A DNA stretch of 64,000 bases, from positions 35,960,001 through 36,024,000 of the forward strand of contig NC_045138.2 in NCBI RefSeq assembly GCF_008831285.2, written 5' to 3'. The DNA comes from Nymphaea colorata. Taxonomy: Eukaryota. Position 1 is the first letter of the stretch. Each line of letters begins with the position of its first letter. Both the position numbers and the translations under genes were made by a program. The notes under the pieces are model-generated. The model was not told where the DNA came from. It saw only the letters and a program-made list of their open reading frames with translations, and did no database searches. Positions 46,139 through 59,572 of the stretch are shown in pieces.

Positions 46139-49100
46139 TCATGGGTCAGCATGGCCAGCAATTTCATCATCACTTGATGCACCATTACTTCCATCAGTCG
46201 CCTCATCATCATCGTCACTGCTTTCCTCAACAACTTTGGTGATGTGTTCCTTCTTTGCATATCGCTCACAATACTCTGTCATGACCAGAAGGCACACAGG
46301 ATGTTGGATAAGCTACTTCAAACTGAATATGCAACAGGGCAAAGAGATGCATAAAGACAAAAAATGATTTAATTGTCAACTGGTTGCCAATGCCAGTTAG
46401 ATATGATAAGCCAAAGCGGATAGCAACAAGAAGCCGTTTCATGTGTTCATCTATCTTAATGTGGTGCAGTTTGACAGCTTTGATACTTAACTGCCTTATA
46501 AATGACAAAACGTGAAAACACAGAGCGGCATATTCAAATTTGTTACTTGTTAGGCAAGAAGAAAAGTGCTGAACACGAGAAGAAATTGTGAATTACGATT
46601 CAGAAAGAATGAATAGAAAGAAAATTAAGTACTTGTCTTGGCAGCTCTACAACATAACCTTGACATGAAACACAGACTACAAAGCGAAGATTGCCAAAAC
46701 CATATTTGCCATGTAAACATAAAGTGTATCCTACTTTTCTCAGAGATAATTCCACAACAAGGATTTAAGTGGCTGGATAAAGGTGTCGACATGTGTTCAT
46801 ATTCCAGAACATGTGGGCCAGATCCAGGCGGGCGCCCCAGTCAAGCAGGATATTTTAATACATACTTATCCAATTCATTGCTCAGAGCAAAAAAATGTTC
46901 CTCATGCAGGATTTAGCTTGGAAGGAACGTAAAGCAAATCATAAAGTTGATTCTATAAAGAAAAAACCTGAATTTTGTGGAGGGTTGGGCACGGTTATAC
47001 ACCACCAGTTGGTGGATCATTTGCGTATCACGAAATGATATCATGTTTAGACTTTAGAGATATTTCGTTGGTTCCTTGCAGAACAGGGTTCTTTTAGAGG
47101 TAGGACTATAACCAAACGGTGTTGTGAGGATATTTCTTGTTTCCTCAGTCTGATCTAACTATTAATTGGTGTTTATCTCTTTATCCTTATTGCTACAAGG
47201 ATATTTCCTGTTTCCTCAGTCTGATCTAACTATTAATTGGTGTTTATCTCTTTATCCTTATTGCTAAAACTTTTTGTTGGAGGATGAATGTTCAATATTC
47301 CTGAAACTTCTTCTCCCTCAGAGTTCCTTTCCAGAAGATCAGATAGCTAATTTCAGTAATTGAAGCTCTGGATAGAGCTTTATCTTAGACAGAGAATACA
47401 CGTTCGTAGACCCCACATTTCAACAGTTGTTTCTTATCTTTTAAACATATATGCACTTCTTCAGTATTGAACGTATACCTGCCCTTGTCTTTTGAGCACT
47501 GCAATTAAATAAAACAATTATTTTTTGTTTAATATTCATTGGAGCATCCACTTTTCTGTTTTTCTCTCTTAATACGACTTCACTTAGGTGGACAGAAGCC
47601 CGGTTTCAAGAGCCCCTTGCACAAAGTAACATTCGTGAGAAGACAACTCTTTGAAAGGGCATCAAAGTAAAGAACAAGACAAGGTAATATCAAAACAGAA
47701 AATGGGTGATTAGAAGGCATTATAAAGAAGCACAAATGCCATTTTGAAAGGGACAAGGAATTCTGAGATACAACTTTTCTTTTCTTAATATCAGAAATGA
47801 GTAAGGATAGGATAACACATGGGATCCCGACCAAAAACATATGAAAAGAAGGAATAAAATGTAAATTGAATAATTAATATGGAAAGACCATAATTGAGGG
47901 TTCTTGACTTCAAACCCCAGTTGGTCATCTGTAATGCCTCACTTTAAGAAGTTTAGTTTTGTATTGAAGATTGTAAGAGATCTTCAAAAGACTTAAAAGA
48001 GAGTTGCTAAAATAATTGGTTTCCTAGTTCCTAGCCTCTTTAAGGCTGCAAACGAAGCTACCAGCAGGTGGGTTGGGATCCACCAAACCAGGAGCTCAAA
48101 CCCAGTGTGAGAATGTGTTGGTTTGTTATAGTGGTTGTAGCTCCGATTTAACACTCAGATATAAGGTGGATTTTAACACCCCACTTTGAGAAGTTTAGTC
48201 TCATATTGAAGATTGTAATAGATTTTCAAATGACTTAAAAAAGGGGTTGTCAAGTGATTGGTTGTCCTGGTTTCTGTCCTTTTCAGGGCTGAAACCGAAA
48301 TTGCTATGGGGTGGGGTGGGGTCCACCTAGAAGCCGAGCCTGGTGACATCATCCCCAAGGTTGTAGATGTGCATGTGGGAGCAGTGTGCATGTGTGCAAG
48401 TATGCAACAAACACAAAAAAAGTTAACCACAGGTCCACAACACAATGACACAACAAAACCCAAATTTCAATAAAAAAAGAAAAGTGTTTACCTCTTACTT
48501 TCTGCTCAAATTGTTGCTTGTCCCGCATCATCAGTGATGCAGCATCACTATTTAATGGATCTGTAGGATTTGGGTAGAGCAACAGCTGAGGTAGAAAGAC
48601 TTCAAACACATTAAGCAAGTCTGCAACATATCAATTATAGTAAGGTGGCTACATTATAAATTCTAAAATTCTCTCTCTTTCTTGTTTTGGTATGCAACAG
48701 AAATCTTAATACTGCACAATATTAAAGCAGAGTCCTATTGTTCTTGTCCAATGCAAAGAACAAAGCACCTAAAAGAATTGTGAAAATCTGCACAGGTCTA
48801 GATCTAATTCTTCTGCTTTGGTCAATATTTGGAATTAATGGCAGTCTGGAGACTCTATGACCACCTAAAATCAAACTGACCATTGAAGTCCAAATTACTG
48901 TTTGGTCAGAACTCATACTCCGAAAGACCATAAACACTTAGTATGTAATAGCATGTCTCTAAGGACCTAATAAATGGAGGAAAGCACACGGGATTTGGGC
49001 TGCAACAAATTGTCTAACTGTCAGCCATCAAGTCTCTGACAATGTCTTTGAGCATTACCAAACATCGGGCTCCAGGTTTGATTGATGACATCCAAGCATA

Positions 49101-51952
49101 CGGAACCAGACCTGCTATCAAAATTCAGAGATCAGCAGAAAAAAAAAGAAAAGCAGCATGATAATGCAAAATAAAATTGGCATCAGCTTCGGCTTACTAT
49201 GTCATGGTGAGAAACAAAAGCATCTCCCTTGAAAGTAAGATATACAATAACAAAAGAGAGATATATGTGGTTCTGACCAAATATGAAGATTTTGCTCAAC
49301 AATCAATATGAGAAAAGAAATTTAGCTAGCTTACAGTTAGCCCAAAGACCAACTCAAAACATGAAAGAAGTAAACAGAAAGCTGCACTCACAGCTCATCA
49401 ACGTTTGGATGGAAAATTTTGTTCAAGAATCCAATTGATGGTGACTTGTATGGGTATGCCTCAGGAAGCTCCACATGGACCTTCCAAAATCCACCTTCAT
49501 AGGGACCTACGATAGTAATAACACCCAGTCGAATAAGAGGAAGACAACCAACACTAAAAGTAATACCTTTGGCAGATACCAGAATCATGTTATATATAAC
49601 TGAAAAAGTATACATGCACAAACATAACATGTCAGCCAAAAAGACACGTACCCTCAGTAAATGTGCTCAAAGTTTCATCCTTTTACCGCTTCTTACTAAA
49701 ATTGCATGTGTGTGTGTGTGTGTGTCTATATATATATATATGTATATATATATATGATTTTGAAACCTGGCACTGTTAACAAAGCATGAGACCTGGCACT
49801 GTTAACAAAGCATGAGTACCTTGTTAACAAGAGGTGGGTTTTAAGAGTACAAGAGGTAATACTGTAATTGGTTATGGACATCCATGTAGGTGTATGAACA
49901 AATTGTATTAGGGATCAGATGAATACATAGGAAATCAGTTCCAGTCTTCCAGATTGGACTAGATACAGCATAGAAGAGGAAAACTTTGAAATCAAAACCA
50001 ACTGTCTGGACACCTATGAGTTTGTTATTCTCAGTAACTTACCACTTTGTATATCCTATCTTAAGGGCTTTTTCCATGTACGTGTGAATGGTCAACAAAA
50101 ATGGACAGCCACCCCCATCGGGGATGCACTAATAGATAATGACCACTTTTAAGTCTGTCCGACGTGTTCAATAATTAATAAGCAGCAGGAATAGCCACAT
50201 GTTATGGTATTACATAAGTCTTCGTAATTCTACGCTTTAACTGCATGTGAGTTAAAAGAGCATCAAGCCTCATTTTAAAACAGCTATTCCAAATTTTCAC
50301 TAGGTCCAGGATTAAGTAAATCATGCAGTGTGAATTACACCCTTCTAGCACAAAAAAGACACTAAGAGAAACAAAGGCTATAATTTACAACACACGGTTT
50401 CATGATCTCTGAAATAAAAACAAATGAAACTAATCTGAGAACCAGGACCTATCTCTGGGATATGATTCACTTTCAAGATGCCTTGATGGCAAAATGGTAG
50501 ACTTGCGAGACTGAAAATTGTGTACTAAAGGGAATGGAGGTCTGAGTCCTCTTCAAGGAAAGGCCACTTAGAGGAAGCAATTTTACAGCCCATAAAAGGT
50601 ACAAGAACCATTTCAGACCTGCGTAGCCCCACTTTTCTTTTGCACCTCAAATTGAATACGGAAAAGAAACTGTTGGGCTAACATCACAACTACTGAAGTT
50701 CTTTGAACTGAGGAAATCAAAACGTGCATGAAAGGAAACACTAAATCAGAAGATGTTCATAAGAACTATAATAGATATTGAAAGAGTTTCCTCACAAACA
50801 CTTTTAACTATGAAATCAGACCAGGTATTAGAATTGTGCTGTGATGATGCTTTGCACTGAAATTCCAAAATCTTAAATGCTTGGGAAAGATAAAAGACAA
50901 ATCAGGCTGTGGTCATGGTTTGTGTCCTTAAACACACAGACTCTCATTACATTTACCAAATGGACACTCCACTGCAGAAACAAATCCCATTTCACATGAG
51001 TAGACAATGTTCCACGCGAAGGAAGTGGAGCCAAAAAATCTAGGAACCAAAAGCAAGATCAGACTTTTAAGTGGAATCAAGAGCAACAAATGAAGAGGAA
51101 GAAATGCAGGGAAGCATTTGAAAAGGAAACTAGAATATATAGGTGATTGATGGGGAGACAAGATGCTTATGAAAGAAAATGAAGGAGATACTATAGTCCA
51201 TACGTGATAAAAAAGTTTAACTAAATAATTAGTAATTGTTTTTATATAGTGTGATTTTAGTAAGATCATATTACAACCAATGCCCTGTAACTAAGCATGT
51301 ACAAATGAAAATTCGGCTGCAAGTCTGAGAATATAATTCAAACAGGGGAATTATATACAGAGCACCATAACATTACATCTAAGCACGTCCTTTGATTCCA
51401 AGATTCAGATACCAACCACCTGATAATCTTTAAAGGTACTCAAGATTAACTACAGCATGCAAGCTTTCTGCAATCAACAAGAATAATTATAAAGGAGAAA
51501 AGAAGACTTGAGACCGTACTATCTTTAGGGCCACGAAACTCGACGTTGAATTCACCAATCCCATCGTTGATCGTCTCAACAGCATAATCACTCATCATCC
51601 TGAAAAGAAAGAAGAAATCCTAAGCAAAACAAAAGAAAAAGTGATAGATATCAAATCCAACACAGAAAGCGAAAAGCGACGGATCGACTACCAGGGCTAC
51701 AACAGAAGGTGACATGGAACTGCCGTCAGGAGAAACTTCAGGAAGGAAAATATTAAAACACTAGATTAACCCACAGGATAGACAAATGATCCCCAGCTTC
51801 GAACCCAAGTACCGATTAAATATTACATAAACAAACAGACGACAGACATAAATTCTACGCACCCCCTCTCAGCTCCACAAATTGATAAAGAACTATGTCG
51901 AGACTTACAATTTCATTACATCCATCTCTCTTCTCTTGCTTGGAGAAGACAT
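46139..51952 (-). CDS. Ubiquitin-conjugating enzyme E2, UBC4/5/6 (E2-23 kDa) class, 185 aa
   Basis: Exons 51909-51952, 51520-51599, 49392-49506, 49059-49111, 48492-48620, 46139-46275 (558 nt). [40 protein letters not shown] with the catalytic Cys, and an acidic tail. Confidence 0.96.
46976..47417. mobile_element. Possible solo LTR in the last UBC intron, with an internal 71-bp tandem duplication
   Basis: TGTGGAGGGT...AGACCCCACA inverted ends and a tandem unit at 47127-47197/47198-47268. No clean 5-bp TSD. Confidence 0.45.
47930..48348 (+). mobile_element. TRIM (terminal-repeat retrotransposon in miniature), degenerate
   Basis: Perfect 5-bp TSD TCATC (47925-47929 and 48349-48353). Starts TGTAA and ends GTGACA. 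Two diverged direct repeats (~47930-48085, ~48172-48348) flank a ~90-bp non-coding interior ending in purine-rich AAGGTGGA. Confidence 0.8.
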
Positions 51953-54900
51953 TGTTATACTTCCTTGGGTTGGTACCCAACTGCCCAACTGATAAAAATC
52001 AAAGAGAAAAACCAAAAGAGAAATATCAGATATCTCAACCACAACGAAAAGCCAAAGAGTCTCAGGAAAAAAAAACAAAAAGCAGTAAGAAGACTTATGA
52101 AGATGAAGAACCAAGACAACCAAAACCAACCCACGTGGAAAGGAAAAAAAAAACTAGATCTCTGGACTCCTGCTCGTTGTCAATGGGATCTATCAAGGAA
52201 AGGGTAATAAGGACAGGAAAGACGCTGCGTAGGATAAACCGCGTAACTGTTCTGTATGTACGTTTTGTGTGTCTACGAGGTACTTCTGCACCATTCAATG
52301 TTCATTTCGGGCGAGAATTAGGATGGGTGGAGCTGTTCTTGATAATTCGTTCTTCTTTTTCAGAGAATGGCCATGAAAGTCATCGGATCTTGAACCGTCC
52401 TCAGTATTTTCCGGGGCTCATATGTGCTTCCAGAAAAATACTCTCGCTTCCTCTCTTTCTCTTTCTCTTTCTCTCTCTCTCTCGTTTGATATGCGTGTCC
52501 TAGGCCCCAGGAAGTTTCTGTATTTATAATATTGATGAAGTTTTCTGAATTTGTAGATGTCATTCATAAGTTAGTCTCTCCGTTCGTTCGTGTTCCCCTG
52601 TAATTTTGTAGGTGTCCTCCGGTCAGGCGGTCACTACTTTGAACTTAAACCTTCACATTTTTCCTCCCACCCCACCCCACCCCCCGCCCCTGGCCTCTCT
52701 CTCTCTCTCTCAACATGCGACCTGAGACATGCATTTTAGTGCGGTTTCTTGCCACAATATTTGGACCAGTTTTTGGTGCAGGCCTGTTGTGCATATATAG
52801 TTATGTAGCAATTGCTATATGGTAGAACTTAATGAAATGGTTTGTTTGAATTGTTGCAGGTATTTTTGCTTAGTTAGAGGGTACATAGACATGGGAAACT
52901 CGCGGAGATGATGGAGTCAATGCTTTTACTGCAAACTTCAACAAGATGCATACTGCTTGCCTGGGTCTTTGGCCATTGAAATCTCAACCATGCCTTTACT
53001 AGAAAAAGGTAATGCCCGGTTCATTCACATCCACATCTTTGGCTTTGCGCAAACACAACTTACTACTAATGTACGTGCTACATACCATCGTTGAAGAGGT
53101 CCATAGATGGTGAACAATGGTCATCATGGGGAAGACGCTCCCTCTCTCTCGTTCTCTCTCTTTCGATATTTGACGAGTGCGCTTCCACTAGGGAGAACGA
53201 GATGTTGGAAGACTCTTTTTTTTGAGATGACATGAACAAGAAATAGAGAAGACAACCATCAAACAGTGACATGAGGTTAAGGTTTACGTAAAATTTTGTC
53301 TTCTTAAACACCAGGAACAAGAGTTCTCCCTTTGCTGCGCTTTTCAAGGATGGAACATCATGCCACTGGCTGATCTAACTGGTTTTTGCATAGTGGGGAA
53401 CTGTGTTTGCATCTGGTGGAATGCAATGCATAAACCACTGAATTTGAAATGTAAAGAGTACACAGGCACGTCCAACAGATTTTTGTCCAGTGTTTGTATA
53501 TGGCCCCCTCATTGGTGGAACACCATGTTTGCACGACCAAACAAGCTAAACCACTGAAAGTGAAACGCAAGGAATGCACACACACATTCTTGGATTTCTG
53601 TCCAGTGTTAGTGTGTCCGGGCCCCCCAATGCAGGAACACCACCTTTGCGCAATCAAACAATCTCTTAGTTTGCTTAGACCGAGCCAAGTGATTGGTGGT
53701 CTTTCTGTCTTGCAACTTGCATCAACTGAATTGGATGAAGACTAAGAGCTGCCTAATGACAGGGAAAAGGAGCGCAGGCATGTTATCTCGCAGAAACACA
53801 TCCAATTCGTTTCTTTTTCTTTTAAAAAACCTAATCTTTTCTAACTTGCAATCTTTCCAGAAAGACAAAACGATAGCCATTTCTGATATGAGCGTGTTCT
53901 AGTGGGGATCCTGTGGGGAGTCTGAATGAACGAAGAATCAATGAAAAAGTAACGGGCGACAAGTTCTACCCATTAAATAAAGGTGAGCGGTGAACATCAC
54001 CAAACCACGTAGCCACCAGTGGCAGTAATTTCACACTGCGGTTTACTGTCTCAGAGAACAGACGTGGAGTTACGATCCAGTGGACAGATGGAACGTCATG
54101 GGAAGGTCCGATAAAAGGGAATGTAGAAATTTGGCAAGTGGTTCTCGTATCACAAGCTCCACCTTCCTCCCACAAAGAGAACCAAAATAAAAGAAAGAAG
54201 AAAATGCAAACCCGTAGTCACGAAACTCGTGTTAAACCAAACCGCATCCACAGCCGCGTAATAAAGAATAGCATTCGGATGGTTCAACAAACACGACCAA
54301 ATACCCCTAAGATTCTAAGAACGTGTAACCGGGCAACAATGCTTCTTCACTCAAGGACGAATTTTTTACTAACCAACCAAAATCATCCGGCTTTTGGAAC
54401 CAAAAACACAGACAAGATGGCAACGAATGAGCATGACGTTTTGGCTTCTATTCCGAGTCGACATCCAATTTCCTATCTTTGAAGCAGCACTGCCCATAAG
54501 ATGCAAAACGGGAGCCATGCAACATGCATTACGAGTCACCATCAGTCTTCACCGTGTCCAAACTGTGTCCCACACAAGCACCTATGTCCAGGTTCCAACC
54601 ATTTCGACGTGTGTGTTGCCCTCCAGGCGTGTCGTCGTGACATAGCTACAGGTTTGAAGCTGTAAATAGCAAAAATAATAAGCGGGGGTTTGGATTACAG
54701 GGTTACAGTAAAAACTTACATAGCACATCAGAAAATTCTTTGTGGTGTACAAACATTATCATGCTCCAGTACAACGTAACTGGAAGATCATTCCATGGGG
54801 GTTCGCTGTTTACGTATACACATGCAACAGGAGTTGAAAAGGCCGCAACCTGTATTTTTGATGCAGAAAAGCCAATAATCATTTCTATTCATACAAACAT

Positions 54901-55182
54901 CAAATCAGATAAAAAGTGGAAGATTGATAAAACTTCTCTTTGGCAGGATGAATTCTAGAAAGCTATTGCTGAAACAACCACCACGAAAAATGCCCTGCAT
55001 CAAGCATAATAGATCCTAATAATAACTTTTGACTGTAACGGTTCGGAATTTTGAGAAGTCTGCTGATATATGCTACCAAAAAACAAATAGGAAATGGGAT
55101 AAGAAGAAACGTGCCTGGATTTATCATTCATGTGTCAGATGCGGAGGTTATATTTTCTTTACTCTCTGAGGAAAACTGTTCT

Positions 55183-58147
55183 CTAATATCTATTCCTTAA
55201 TATTTTACATGCTTGTGCTGCTGAAATGTGGGTTACACCATGGCTTCGCAGATATTCTCGCTTTTCTCTGTCAGCCAGAACTTCTATATGTTTTGCTTCT
55301 TGTTCCAGCATAGATAGCAGCCGGATAGAATCGTTTGTGCATGGAAAGAATGCCTCAGGGCGATCACAATAAGGCTTAAAAATGCAAAATAATGCTTTCA
55401 TGTCTACACCAAACTGCTTTACTCCAAGGCTGGAGAATTTCACATTGCCGAGAGGAATGTTGCTAAATATAAAATGGTCCAACCCATTGGCAACGCTTCG
55501 CCAGAGATCAACGAAGTCTTTCAAGTTTAAGTTCGTGCAGAAATAGGCAAGCCCCATTTGAAGGGCGTCAAGCGTAGCAAGAAAAGCTGCAGATAAAGTT
55601 GAGACTTGATCAGTATCATCTGTTTCCTCCACATGCTCCCATTGGTCTTTTCTTCGAAAATAGCCACAGCTCAAGTAGTCAAATTGGCGAAGAAGAAATG
55701 CCATTATCTCAGCCAGCCATTCGGTCTCAAACGTCTTCAATTCATCCAACTCATGCTCAAAAATACAACCATGTGAATCTGAAGTGCCCTTTGGTCGATC
55801 GCGAAGAACTTCAGCCACTCTCATTTCTAAGAAATGTATGCCATCGCACCATGTCTCCAATACTGTTTCACAGTATCGAGCAGCATTGATAGATTGAACA
55901 ACCTTGATCAAGCCACTGCAGTCAACCATCGCGTCTGATATCTCAAGTTCTTCACATTGCTGCCACAGGACATCAACAAATTGCAATAAGATTTGGGATG
56001 CAGTTGATCTAATAAACTGAACCTGCATTGTCATAATGGGCAAAGATTGGCATCGTTGAATTATGGACCACATGATACCCATTACAGCCGAAGCAATTTT
56101 TGGAGTTTTGTTTTCTTCCCTAGTCCAGCAATCAGGTGACTCAAAAACTTTCTTAATGTCCAAGTCATCCCCATGTTTGACATTAATCAACCAAGCACTC
56201 TCCTCTTTCATCCCTGTATTCAGCTTTTCTTCAGCATCATTCAATTCTATCTCCATCCACACGTGGAACCAATCTGTGTGATCAGAAAATATGCTCATTA
56301 TTGATATTATAAATGACATAGGAGGCACGGTGTTTTCCCAAGCTGTTTCAAAAGGCTTTAAAACCATTGGGTCCAGAAGTGCTTGAATTTTTTTGTCAAA
56401 GGAAATCATCAAATCGATCATGTGGAGAAATGACGTTTTCACCTCAATGATCTCACTGCCGACTTGGTATTTGCTAGCAAGAACAGGCATCATATGTTTC
56501 TTCACGTAACTTGAGAACATGTCTGCCATGGTCCGTATCCATGCTTCCCTGGCACTGAAAGCCAACAGCCTTGCTTTATCAATGAGCGGCTGCAAGAGCT
56601 CCTCAATTCCATCAACAAAATCCCGAGTAATCTTGTAGGCAAGAGCAAAGATGAAGTCCGGTTCATCAGTCCACTTTAAGAAGTGCTGTTCTGCTCTTGA
56701 AGCAATAGGAGAGACTAATTCATCAATTGTCCAGAGGCGATGATCGAGACTTTTTGGGCAAGAATTGTCAAACCGGTTTTGCCGCTTCACAGTTAACTGC
56801 TGAAACACACATAGTGAAAGAAAGTTTTTCGAGTACCTCTCCTTTGTAATTCCATCCACTACAGCTAGTGGGTTAAGCAAATCACAGTTCCTTCCCCTGT
56901 CAGAATTTGTTGTGACAAGCGGAGGAGGCCACCCTAGTTCTGCAAGGATTACACGATGATCAACAATAGATTGTGGCCTCAAGACAGCCAACACCTTGTC
57001 AACCCTCAAATCAACAGCTCGGACAAGATTTGCCCATTGAGGCCTTGTTTCTGCAAGTTGGCATACAATATCCTCTATCTTCGACAAAATATCTACAGAT
57101 GAATGCAACTTTTCCAGCTTCCAATCAATATCCTGCAGTTAACAAATTTCTCAAAGTCAACAGTAGATAGCAGTTTAAGAATAAAATCTCATTTCCATTA
57201 GTCTCACATCTGGACTAGCTGCATTTGCAAGATTCATGGGGATCCGATTCATACACCTTTTTGTCAAGATCAGACGTAGCGTATCTTCAAGGTCTCCCAC
57301 GAGAGCTTCCAACTTCAAGGTGGTCTCTGGAAATGCAGAAAAAATGGACAGAGTTATGGCAGGGAATGGAGCTTGGTGTGATTAATTATCATGTCACCAT
57401 ATTAGATCATGAACTTTAGACACGAAAATAAAATAGTAACAAAATGAAGTTCCTGCAGAAATTGAGGAATCACCAGCATAAATCTGAATGGCATCAATTC
57501 TCCTGATCTGTTCAGCAAGCAAGGGTAATTCCACGACTAAGATATTCTGGATCCTCCCCAGCTTCGCATCATCCGTCCCATCTACACCGCACAGTTCAAC
57601 AGAATTAAATCACTCGTGTCACTAAGATACAGTATCAACGTCCCCAAATATTCATATCACTAAGACATAGTAATTGACTATCGCCGAGCAAAGTTCCAAA
57701 GGAACATCTTAAGTTACCCCATTCATATCAGTAACAACAATAAAAACAACAATAATAATGATCTAAAAGCAAACAATTACTCTGATAGCGCAAAAGCGCT
57801 AATCCTGCAACACAAATTCGTACGTCCAGAGCTGCCGACATCAAAAGCTTACCTGGGCAACCATCAAAATCGTTCAAGTTCGCGTTGACATCGCATAGAA
57901 GTAACCCCAACTTAAGAGAATGAGAATTCCACGACGATATCGCCGCTGCTAGCTTTCTTCTCAGATCAAGAATGTCGCGCTCAAACCCCAAGCAGTCATT
58001 CTCCAATCTGATGGCCAGGGCCGAGGCCTTAGCAAGATCACCCTGAATAACGAACTTAGAATCCAAGAATGTCTTCGAAGCTGGGGAGACCTCTGCAGGA
58101 AGAGGAACGACACCATCTTCCATTTGTATCATAGGTTTACCCAACAT
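55183..58147 (-). CDS. MAG2L: RINT1/TIP20-family ER tethering protein (MAG2-like), ~815-823 aa
   Basis: Exons 57853-58147 (ATG could also be 58132 or 58123), 57474-57581, 57208-57326, 55183-57132 splice in frame. Motifs ETTLKLEALVGDLED, LGWPPPL, LQPLIDKARL and FKPYCDRPEAFFP. Confidence 0.9.
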
Positions 58148-59572
58148 CCTTCGTCTCAATCGAGACAGTTGGAAGAGAAGTGCCGAACACTTTCTCCGTC
58201 TCCCTACAAAGGGTCGAGAACCCTCAAGATCGAAGAGGAAACCACAAAACCCTGGAATCTTTGTTCCTTATTCCTATTTTTGAAGGCATAAACTACGAAA
58301 AATTTTGAAGGTTCCAAAGGGGCTTTGTTGTCGTTGGGCGTAAACATGCGAATGACGGTGGGCGCGGAAACCTCCACCCAATATGACCTAATTACCCTTT
58401 CTTTTTGGGACCCAAACAGGAAAAGCAAATACACGTTGCAGATAAACTTGTAAATATCGTGGTCGACTAAGTATCGCTCACCAGTCACAAGTTTTACTCC
58501 CTACGTTTATGAGATGGTTCATTGCACGTTATGAGTTTTACTTTTAAGACATTTACTGACTTTAAACTTTCTTTTTTCTCAGTAGAGTATAAACTTTGTC
58601 CAAATCTTCGCACGCCAATCCATCGATCAGATCTTACAAATCCAGTTTGCGTTAATATTCTCTTGAACCGAAGGCAATTTCTACCAAACTAGATCACGAT
58701 TGGGACCATTCCCATATCCATTGACATGATAATCCTCGGTCATGATTATCAGATTATGGCATCATAAATAGACAAACAATAAGTGAACAATTTTTTATTT
58801 TCTGTCTCCAAATAATTTTCCAAGAGCCGAATGAGGCCTAAGAACAATGGAATGACCGCAGCGTTCAGCCGACTTACCAAAAGAGTTTTGCAAGGTCTCT
58901 CATTCGCTTCCATACCAACGTCATTAATAAATCTAAACGTAGAATCAACGGAAAAACCAAAAAGAAAGTGAAAAAGAGAATGGCCACCGTTCATACCATA
59001 GTAAGGATCAGCCTTTGGCGTCCATTAATTCTTTGGACAAGAAGGATTATTCGGAGTACAAGCTATGCACTGAGCAGCTTTCTGAAATTTCCTAAGCAAA
59101 TTTTGCATTTTAAAAGGAGAAGACAGAAAGACAAGAATCAAATGCTTATACATTTCAAACAGAATTTACAGAACTGAATATCACTATTGAACAAAACAAT
59201 CGGTAAGATTTACATTCCTTTCACCGCTTCGTGCTGACGTAGTAAATAAAAGAATTTTTCGCTGTTACTTTGTACCCCACCGGGAAACCAGGACCTTATC
59301 TTCTGCAACTTGAAAATCAGAAAAACAACCATCCGGCAATCATCACTTTCACTACAAGCCTCCCGTAACGATCATCTATGAATCAACAGAACGCCGCCTT
59401 CCATGCTAAATACTCCCTCTGCAACCAAGGCAGTCAGCATTCACGACCAAGACCTATTTACAGTGTGCAGTTGTATGAGGACGAGGGAGCGCATGCATCT
59501 TCATTGGCCATATTTCATTGCGACATTGGTTAAGTTCCACGAAAGAGTAGGAGACATGGATTATATTACACG

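Noticed and set aside
51895..52503. 202-aa plus-strand ORF
   Set aside because: Antisense to UBC exon 1 and its leader, Lys-rich low complexity, no recognisable domain.
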